From: Octopus sinensis
Taxonomy: Eukaryota
Direction: 5' to 3'
Assembly (NCBI RefSeq): GCF_006345805.1
Contig: NW_021827786.1
Location: 1 to 9,842 of the forward strand
Length of the DNA: 9,842 nucleotides
Shown here: positions 1 to 5,796 of the stretch, in pieces
Layout of the letters: each line of letters opens with the position of its first letter
How positions within the stretch are numbered: the stretch's first letter is position 1
Notes under the pieces: model-generated
Databases searched by the model: none
Told to the model about the DNA's origin: nothing
What the model saw: only the letters and a program-made list of their open reading frames with translations
Program-made: the position numbers and the translations under genes

Positions 1-103
1 TGAAATTCCAATGAAAGAGCCTGGATCTAAGTTAGAAACCAGTTCTTTCTCTATTGGCAAGAAATCTTGAAATCAGACTGAACAAAGACATACATACATA
101 CAT
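1..103 (+). repeat. Probable 3' end of a dispersed retro-element terminating in an (ACAT)n tail
   Basis: Unique-looking sequence ends in ACATACATACATACAT (88-103). The tract resumes at 356-371 after the CR1 insert. There is no second copy in the window, so the call is tentative. Confidence 0.35.
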
Positions 104-355
104 AAGCTCTATCTACGATGATTTCATCTCAATCGAAGGAGAGGGGCTTTCTCCGTCTGGGTTGCGCATCTGTGGAATAAGCTGCCGGACGAGATGGTGA
201 AGATGCCGACGACCGCTCAGTTCAAAGTCTCCCTTGACCTCAAGTGGCCTGAACTCTTTGTATGACCACCCTCCCTGTACATAACTCCATGTCTCCCTAA
301 ATGGCCTTGCTTTTGCTTTTTGAACCAATAAAAATTAATTTAAATTAAATTAAAA
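104..355 (+). mobile_element. 5'-truncated CR1-group LINE 3' end (ORF2 C-terminus, 3' UTR and A/T-rich tail), inactivated
   Basis: 104-265 translates as KLYLR*FHLNRRRGAFSVWVAHLWNKLPDEMVKMPTTAQFKVSLDLKWPELFV*. This matches the CR1/L2-group ORF2 terminal motif KL...R..FS.RV...WN.LP..V......FK..LD..W. There is an in-frame TGA at 119-121, AATAAA at 327-332 and a (TAAAT)n-like tail at 332-355. Confidence 0.85.
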
Positions 356-587
356 ACATACATACATACATATTGTATGGTAAGTAGCTTACCTGAGATC
401 ATGGTTTCAATTTGCAGAGCAGGTGGTGCAAAATACTTCATATCACCCAAAGAGACACATCTGCACCATCGGGTGGTCCTTAACCAGTTGTCAAGAATCC
501 CACCTGTGAAGGAGTGATGCTGGATCTGTCGAAACAATTGGAATGGTTAATAAGAATTCTCATATCTTTTATTTTCCGTCATTCATG

Positions 588-604
588 TATATATATATAT
601 ATAG

Positions 605-640
<36 letters not shown>

Positions 641-686
641 AATATATATATATATGTGTATATATACACACACACACAGATACATA
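588..686. repeat. (TA)n/(CA)n compound microsatellite
   Basis: Directly visible dinucleotide runs. Confidence 0.95.
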
Positions 687-714
687 CTTTTGAAAAAGCA
701 GCAAAAATATCACA

Positions 715-760
715 AAAACTGTTACTCGGCATTTCACGTTTCCGTTTGTCGGACAGTTTT
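715..760 (-). ncRNA. Degenerate minimal type-I hammerhead-ribozyme-like motif
   Basis: The minus strand reads AAAACUGU-CCGACAA-ACG(GAAA)CGU-GAAA-UGCCGAG-UA-ACAGUUUU. It has an 8-bp stem I, a core CCGACAA versus consensus CUGANGA (2 mismatches), a 3-bp stem II with GAAA loop, an exact GAAA, a vestigial stem III and a UH (UA) site. Confidence 0.45.
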
Positions 761-783
761 GTTTAGAAAACAACAAAAAACAT

Positions 784-848
784 ATTACTCTACCTTTTGT
801 ATTTGAGTACTATTTTTTCCACCTTGTTTCGGATTTATGTGTTTACTC
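784..848. repeat. Dispersed ~65-bp repeat, copy 1 (copy 2 at 6402-6471)
   Basis: ATTACTCTACCTTTTGTATTTGAGTACTATTTTTTCCACCTTGTTTCGGATTTATGTGTTTACTC aligns without gaps to 6402-6467 in the same orientation. Confidence 0.8.
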
Positions 849-849
849 T

Positions 850-918
850 CTCGACTAAAGGTAGTGCTCCGGCATGGCCACGGTCAAATGACTGAAACAA
901 GTAAAAGAATAAAAGAAT
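850..918 (+). mobile_element. SINE family A, 3' tail fragment
   Basis: CTCGACTAAAGGTAGTGCTCCGGCATGGCCACGGTCAAATGACTGAAACAAGTAAAAGAATAAAAG matches the end of the full copy at about 4280-4349. Confidence 0.9.
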
Positions 919-970
919 ATATATAAATTAAGCAGAGAATGAAGAAAATTGTTCATAAACAAACAAATTG

Positions 971-1360
971 ACTCATTTACTTGTTTCAGTCATTTGACTG
1001 TGGCCATGCTGGAGCACCACTTTTAGTCGAGCAAATCGATCCCAGGACTTATTCTTTTGTAAGCCCAGTACTTATTCTATCAGTCTCTTTTGCTGAACCA
1101 CTAAGTTACGGGGACGTAAACACACCAGCATTGGTTGTCAAGTGATGTTGGGAGGACAAACAGACACACAAGCATATATACACACATACATATACATATT
1201 ATATATATATATAATATATATATATATATATACATATATACATATATATACGATGGGCTTCTTTCAGTTTCCGTCTACCAAACCCACTCACAAGGCTTTG
1301 GTTGGCCCGAGGCTATAGTAGAAGACACTTGCCCAAGGTGCCACGCAGTGGGACTGAACT
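971..1360 (-). mobile_element. tRNA-derived SINE family A, near full length, 5' head truncated (A box missing)
   Basis: The reverse complement aligns along the + copy at 3920-4345, including the B-box remnant GTTCAGTCCC, central domain, internal (TA)n and 3' tail. Confidence 0.9.
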
Positions 1361-1390
1361 GATTGATATTTTCTAATACAAAACTTAGTC

Positions 1391-1527
1391 TGTGTGAGTG
1401 TGTAAATGTATTGTGGTGTGTGTGTGTGTGTATTAACAAATATAGCAATACATTAGTACAAACGCACACACACCTCCATAAATGTATATACAAAGAGAAA
1501 GACGATGGTACATGATTAGACACATGT
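1391..1527 (+). repeat. Diverged direct repeat, copy 1 (copy 2 at 2207-2362)
   Basis: Shares blocks GTATTAACAAAyATAGCAATA..CATTAGTACA and AAATGTATAyACAAAGAGAAAGAnGATGrTACrTGATTAGACrCATGTA with 2207-2362. Confidence 0.8.
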
Positions 1528-1572
1528 ACATACATATATATAGTTCAAATATACAGAAAACAAAGACAAGAT

Positions 1573-2052
1573 GTGTGTATTTTTGTTTGTCTCCCATCAT
1601 CGTTTGACAACCGATGTTGGTGTGTTTACGTCCCCGTAACTTAGCAGTTCAGTTAAAGAGATCGATAGAATGAGTAGAAGATGGATAGAAGGATAGAAGG
1701 CGGCGAGCTGGCAGAATTGTTAGTACGCTGGGTGAGAATGCTTAGCAGTATTTCGTCTGCAGTTACATTCTGAGTTCAAATTCCGCCGAGGTCGACTTTG
1801 CCTTTCATCCTTTCGGAGTCGATTAAATAAGTACCAGTTACGCACTGGGGTCGATGTAATTGACTTAATCCCTTTGTCTGTCCGTTTGTCCCCTCTGTGT
1901 TTAGCCCCTTGTGGGCAATAAAGAAATAAGAATGAGTAGCATGGTTTTAAAGAGAAAATCAAGTTCTGGGGTCGATTCATTCAACTAAAAATTCTTCAAG
2001 GAGGTGCCCCAGCATGGCCACAATCTAATGACTGAAACAATCAAAAGATAAA
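1573..2052 (+). mobile_element. SINE family A-related 3' half, split into 1573-1677 and 1929-2052 by a family B insertion
   Basis: TTGACAACCGATGTTGGTGTGTTTACGTCCCCGTAACTTAGC...GATAGAATGAGTAG resumes at 1929. It continues GGGGTCGATTCATTCAACTAAAAATTCTTCAAGG...GACTGAAACAATCAAAAGATAAAA. Confidence 0.8.
1699..1928 (+). mobile_element. tRNA-derived SINE family B, full length
   Basis: Starts GGCGGCGAGC, with A-box-like TGGCAGAATTG (1709-1719), B-box-like AGTTCAAATTCC (1773-1784), and an A-rich end AATAAAGAAATAA. The central GGTCGACTTTGCCTTTCATCCTTTCGGAGTCGATTAAATAAGTACCAG resembles a conserved SINE central domain, possibly Meta-type (from recall, unverified). Confidence 0.8.
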
Positions 2053-2160
2053 ACACACACACACACACACTAATGATAATTGCTAACGAATGAAATTTCC
2101 GGTTCTTGAGTCACTGTGTAATGTCTGCTGATAAAGCGAAAGGAGCCAAAGAGTCTGTGA

Positions 2161-2198
<38 letters not shown>

Positions 2199-2206
2199 AG
2201 TAAGTG

Positions 2207-2362
2207 TGTGAGTGAGTGTGTGTGTGTAAATGTGTTTATGTGTATGTGCGTAAGTGTATTAACAAACATAGCAATACCTACATTAGTACACACACACACA
2301 CACACACACACACAAATGTATACACAAAGAGAAAGAAGATGATACGTGATTAGACGCATGTA
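2207..2362 (+). repeat. Diverged direct repeat, copy 2 of 1391-1527
   Basis: Same ordered blocks as 1391-1527, with expanded (CA)n. Confidence 0.8.
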
Positions 2363-2716
2363 TGAAACGATATCCACTCATTGCACACACACACACACAT
2401 GGGTTATTTATCTCTGTATGCGTGTGTGTGTATATATATATATATATATGTATGTACATATATACAGACCTAATAATCTTGAATCTCCAGTAACAACCGC
2501 TCCACATGCTTTCCAGAATTGTACAATATATATATATATATACACACACACACCTTATACACACACACAACATATACACATGCACGTGAAGTGAAAGAGA
2601 TACCGTTGTAACACTGAGTTACGCTTGTATCCAAAATAAATGAAATTTTTTACCTACCTCATAGTTTACATAATCTAACTATATATGTGTGTGTGTGTGT
2701 GTGTGTGCATGTATGC

Positions 2717-2754
<38 letters not shown>

Positions 2755-2897
2755 GTATGTATAAATATATAGTTAGATTTCATAGTACAAAGTAAGATAG
2801 AGGTTATGAAAGTAACCCACTATGGGATATCAGTTATCCAATATACTGCTAGTTAGATTTTATATATATACATATATATACATGTATATATATATAT

Positions 2898-3010
2898 CAG
2901 CTATAGAAATTCTGCCAGATCAGATTGGTGTCTGGTTCGCCAGACCTCAGTCAAATCGTCCAACCCATGCTAGCATGGAAAGCGGACGTTAAATGATGAT
3001 GATGATGATA
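2898..3010 (+). mobile_element. Family C retro-element 3' end with (GAT)n tail
   Basis: CAGCTATAGAAATTCTGCCAGATCAGATTGG...CCAACCCATGCTAGCATGGAAAGCGGACGTTAAA(TGA)n is the reverse complement of the copies at 6513-6695 and 6771-7053. Confidence 0.85.
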
Positions 3011-3233
3011 TATATATATAATATATATATATATATTAGACAAAAAGAGATATCAAAGCCAAGGCTGTGAGGAGCTTTCAGGACATTTATAAGGAAAAAG
3101 GAATAGGTAAAGCCTTACAGCTGTTTCTGGGAGATTATGGATATCCCTTCATCAGAGACGATGTGAGATGGTTAAAAAGAGGGAAATATTTGAGTTTGAA
3201 AAAAGGAATTACTGTGGAAAAGGAAGAGATTTA

Positions 3234-3440
3234 CAGTTTAAGCATGGCCACTCCATGTTTAAACAATGCTTAAGCAATGTGCACCAAAGAATAAAGAGCT
3301 GTGATCTGATTTCTCTGGACGAAAGGTCTACCAGGTACTGAAATTCAAAGTGAGGTTTTAGCACCATTACAAACTCTTGGATCACAGCTCTTTGTGTTTC
3401 TTTGGTGCACATTGCTAGCAGAGCAACCATGCTTACACTG
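3234..3440. mobile_element. Tc1/mariner-type MITE (207 bp, long imperfect TIRs, TA TSD)
   Basis: Structure is TA|CAGTTTAAGCATGG...CCATGCTTACACTG|TA, with TA at 3232-3233 and 3441-3442. Inner arms 3273-3306 and 3380-3416 pair as 19-bp and 14-bp perfect stems. Confidence 0.7.
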
Positions 3441-3458
3441 TAAAGCCAGAAAGACAAA

Positions 3459-3682
3459 CTGCGCAAGAAGTTTCCTTCCCAACAATATGGTTCTGGGTTC
3501 AGCCCCACTGCACGATGTTGATGTGTGTAAGTCCCCATAACTTAGCGGTTCGCCAAAAGAGACCAATAGGAAAAGTACTAGGCTTACAAACAATAAATCC
3601 TGCAGTTGATTTGTTCAACTAAAGCCAGTGCTCCAGTATGGGCGCAGTCAGATGACTGAAACAAGTAAAAGGTAAAAGAATA
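3459..3682 (+). mobile_element. SINE family A, older internally deleted copy (head joined to tail)
   Basis: The head ATGGTTCTGGGTTCAGCCCCACTGCA (to 3512) is fused to tail sequence CGATGTTGATGTG...GACTGAAACAAGTAAAAGG. About 240 nt of central domain is missing relative to 3867-4349. Confidence 0.8.
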
Positions 3683-3686
3683 TGGA

Positions 3687-3820
3687 GGGCTTCTTTCAGT
3701 TTCCATCTACCAAATCCACTCACAAGGCTTCGGTCGGTCTGAAGCTAAAGAAGAAGACACTTGCTCAAGGTGTCATGCAGTGAGACTGAACCCAGAACCA
3801 TGTGGTTGGTAAGCACTCCT
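3687..3820 (-). mobile_element. SINE family A 5' half, A box deleted, 3' truncated
   Basis: The reverse complement of 3687-3814 aligns to 3898-4023 with about 17 differences over 128 columns (manual count). ACTCCT (3815-3820) matches the element start across a ~20-nt deletion. Confidence 0.88.
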
Positions 3821-3866
3821 TCAATGACAACCTCCTCTCCTCGCCCCACCCCCCAACCCGACATCA

Positions 3867-4029
3867 GGCGCAGGAGTGGCTGTGTGGTAAGTAGCTTGCT
3901 AACCAACCACATGGTTCTGGGTTCAGTCCCACTGTGTGGCACCTTGGGCAAGTGTCTTCTGCTATAGCCCCGAGCCGACCAAAGCCTTGTGAGTGGATTT
4001 GGTAGACGGAACTGAAGAAGCCCATCGTA

Positions 4030-4119
<90 letters not shown>

Positions 4120-4349
4120 GTGTGTATGTGTAAGTGTGTGTGTGTCTGTGTTTGTCCCCCTAACATTGCTTGACAACCAATGCTGTGTGTTTTACGTCCC
4201 CGTTACTTAGCGGTTCAGCAAAAAGAGACCGATAGAATAAGTACTGGGCTTACAAAGAATAAGTTCCGGAGTCGATTTGCTCGACTAAAAGTGGTGCTCC
4301 AGCATGGCCGCAGTCAAATGACTGAAACAAGTAAAAGAGTAAAGAGAGT
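3867..4349 (+). mobile_element. tRNA-derived SINE family A, full length
   Basis: Has A box TGGCTGTGTGG (3877-3887), B box GGTTCAGTCCC (3920-3930), central ACCTTGGGCAAGTGTCTTC domain, internal (TA)n (~4030-4115) and tail GACTGAAACAAGTAAAAGAGTAAAGAGAG. Octopus tRNA-SINE families OK/OR1/OR2 are known, but I cannot assign this copy to one. Confidence 0.92.
3877..3930 (+). promoter_or_regulatory. Internal type-2 RNA Pol III promoter (A and B boxes) of the SINE
   Basis: A-box-like TGGCTGTGTGG and B-box-like GGTTCAGTCCC occur at tRNA-like spacing near the element 5' end. Confidence 0.6.
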
Positions 4350-4394
4350 TTTATAAACATACAAGACTCTGTTGGTGTCCTTCTGTGTCCCTTG

Positions 4395-4555
4395 TCCCCA
4401 CTCATCACCACCACCACCGCCACCCCTTCACACCTGCACCACCCCATTCCCCACCCTGTCTACGCCACTGCCCCATCTACCCCTCCTCCCCCCACCGCGT
4501 AAACCTCCCCCCCCCATCACTTCCATTCTGTTCCATTCACCCCTACATTCCATCT
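4395..4555. repeat. C-rich low-complexity tract ((CCA)n, poly-C)
   Basis: Multiple C3-C10 runs are directly visible. Confidence 0.85.
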
Positions 4556-4662
4556 ATGGTCAGCTGAATGGTTCCTGGCAGGGGTGGTTGGGGGGTGTTA
4601 TTTAGAGTACCAAGTAGGGGGTAGGGATGGGGGAGAGCTTAAATCAAAATCCAGGGACAAAC

Positions 4663-5071
4663 TGGGTGGCAATGGTGGTGGTGGTTGTGAGAATGATTAT
4701 GATGTTGGTAGTAAAGGTGATGGCGATGGTGGTGTTGATGATGGTTGTGGCGGTGGTGGTGGTGGTGTTGATGATGGTTGTGGCGGTGGTGGTGGTGGTG
4801 GTGGTGAGGGTGGTGGTGTTGGTGGTGGTGGCAATGGTGGTGGTGGTGTTGCTGGTTGTGGTGGTGGTTGTGGTGATGGTGGTGGTGGTGTTGTGTGGTG
4901 GTGGTTGTGGTGGTGGTGATGGTGAGGGTGGTGGTGATGGTGGTATTGGTGATGATGGTGGTGGTGGTGATGGTTGTGGTGGTGGTGGTGGTGGTGGTGG
5001 TGGTGATGGTAATGGTGATGGTGGTGGTGGTGGTGGTGGAAATGGTGATGGTGGTGGTGGTGGTGTTGATG
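4663..5071. repeat. Degenerate (GGT/GAT/GTT)n trinucleotide tract, ~410 bp
   Basis: Directly visible. It produces poly-G/V/W and poly-T/H/P ORFs in all frames. Confidence 0.95.
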
Positions 5072-5177
5072 TACCTGATGAGAAACCATTGCTGTGGGAC
5101 CAATTAGTAGAACGGATTCCCAGGATGGTGAAGGAAGGAAGAAGGTGAGGTTTGGATGGGTGGATAGAGAGGGGTTA

Positions 5178-5204
5178 TTTAGCCCTAGGTCAGTCCTGAT
5201 CCAG
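5178..5204 (+). repeat. 27-bp direct repeat (second copy at 5434-5460)
   Basis: TTTAGCCCyAGGTCAGTCCTGATCCAG, 26/27 identical. Confidence 0.85.
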
Positions 5205-5232
5205 ACAGAACATCATTGCCAGTACCACCTAA

Positions 5233-5334
5233 CTGGCCCCCGTGCCGTGGCACGTAAAAGGGCACCATTCGAGTGTGATTGTTACCAACGTCACCTTACT
5301 GGGACCTCTGCCTGTGGCATGTGTAAAAAGATTC
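5233..5334 (+). mobile_element. Family C internal fragment
   Basis: GTTACCAACG...GTGGCATGTGTAAAAAGATTC is the reverse complement of about 6994-7050. GTGGCACGTAAAAG matches the reverse complement of the minisatellite unit at 5636. Confidence 0.75.
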
Positions 5335-5460
5335 CAGCTGTGACCATCCCATCTTTTATTCAGGCATAGTGTATCTAGGACTACATTATCTAATGTTTAG
5401 TATAGTAGTTAGTATTAGTGGCTATAGGTGTTGTTTAGCCCCAGGTCAGTCCTGATCCAG

Positions 5461-5728
5461 TCAGCTCTGGCAGTGTTTCTACAGCTGGATGCCCTTCCTA
5501 ACGCCAACCACTTCGTGAGTGTAGTGGGTGCTTTTTATGTGCCAGACGAGGCCAGCAAACGGCCACGATCGGATGGTGCTTTTAGGTGCTACCGACACGG
5601 GGGCCAGGTGAGGCTGGCAACGGCCATGAACAGATGGTGCTTTTTACGTGCCACCGGCACGAGGCCAGTCGGGGCGGCGCTGGCAACGGCTACGTTCGGA
5701 TGGTTCTCTTATGTGCCACGGGCACTGG

Positions 5729-5730
<2 letters not shown>
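5461..5730 (-). mobile_element. Family C copy with an internal GC-rich tandem array
   Basis: CTGGCAGTGTTTCTACAGCTGGATGCCCTTCCTAACGCCAACCAC matches 6626-6670. It is followed by about 3.4 tandem units starting GGTGCTTTT at 5527, 5575, 5636 and 5702. Confidence 0.82.
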
Positions 5731-5759
<29 letters not shown>

Positions 5760-5796
5760 GATAGATAGATAGATAGATAGATATTAATATATATAT

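Noticed and set aside
113-328. Minus-strand 71-aa ORF
   Set aside because: It is the antisense shadow of the CR1 ORF2 fragment on the plus strand.
374-410. Degenerate SINE A head (TGTATGGTAAGTAGCTT...CATGGTT)
   Set aside because: The match is too short and broken to call as a feature, though it may be a remnant.
418-543. Possible exon after TTTCAATTTGCAG (acceptor-like, ending 417)
   Set aside because: All three plus frames hit stops before a credible donor, and the minus ORF 340-537 is unrecognisable.
503-548. Second hammerhead-like string CTGTGAAG...CGAAAC...GTT
   Set aside because: The core lacks A6, and stems I and II cannot be formed adjacent to the core.
3067-3273. 68-aa ORF with a GNAT motif-A-like YKEKGIGKAL
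   Set aside because: It starts at GTG, its last 13 codons lie inside the MITE, there are no convincing splice sites, and a short GxG match is expected by chance.
3305-3345. CTGAT...GACGAAA in the MITE spacer as a hammerhead
   Set aside because: There is no CUGANGA and no stems in the required geometry.
3867-3935. tRNA gene
   Set aside because: A and B boxes are present, but there is no cloverleaf and the sequence continues into SINE body and tail, so it is a SINE head.
4584-5148. Gly-rich, His-rich, Thr-rich and Val-rich ORFs resembling structural proteins (e.g. cephalopod beak or sucker proteins)
   Set aside because: All frames on both strands are open because of the (GGT)n tract. The Gly frame shifts near 4890, there is no signal peptide, and the variant codons are single-base neighbours of GGT.
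5527-5726. CRISPR-like array
   Set aside because: The context is eukaryotic, units are homologous along their whole length (no unique spacers), and there are no cas genes.
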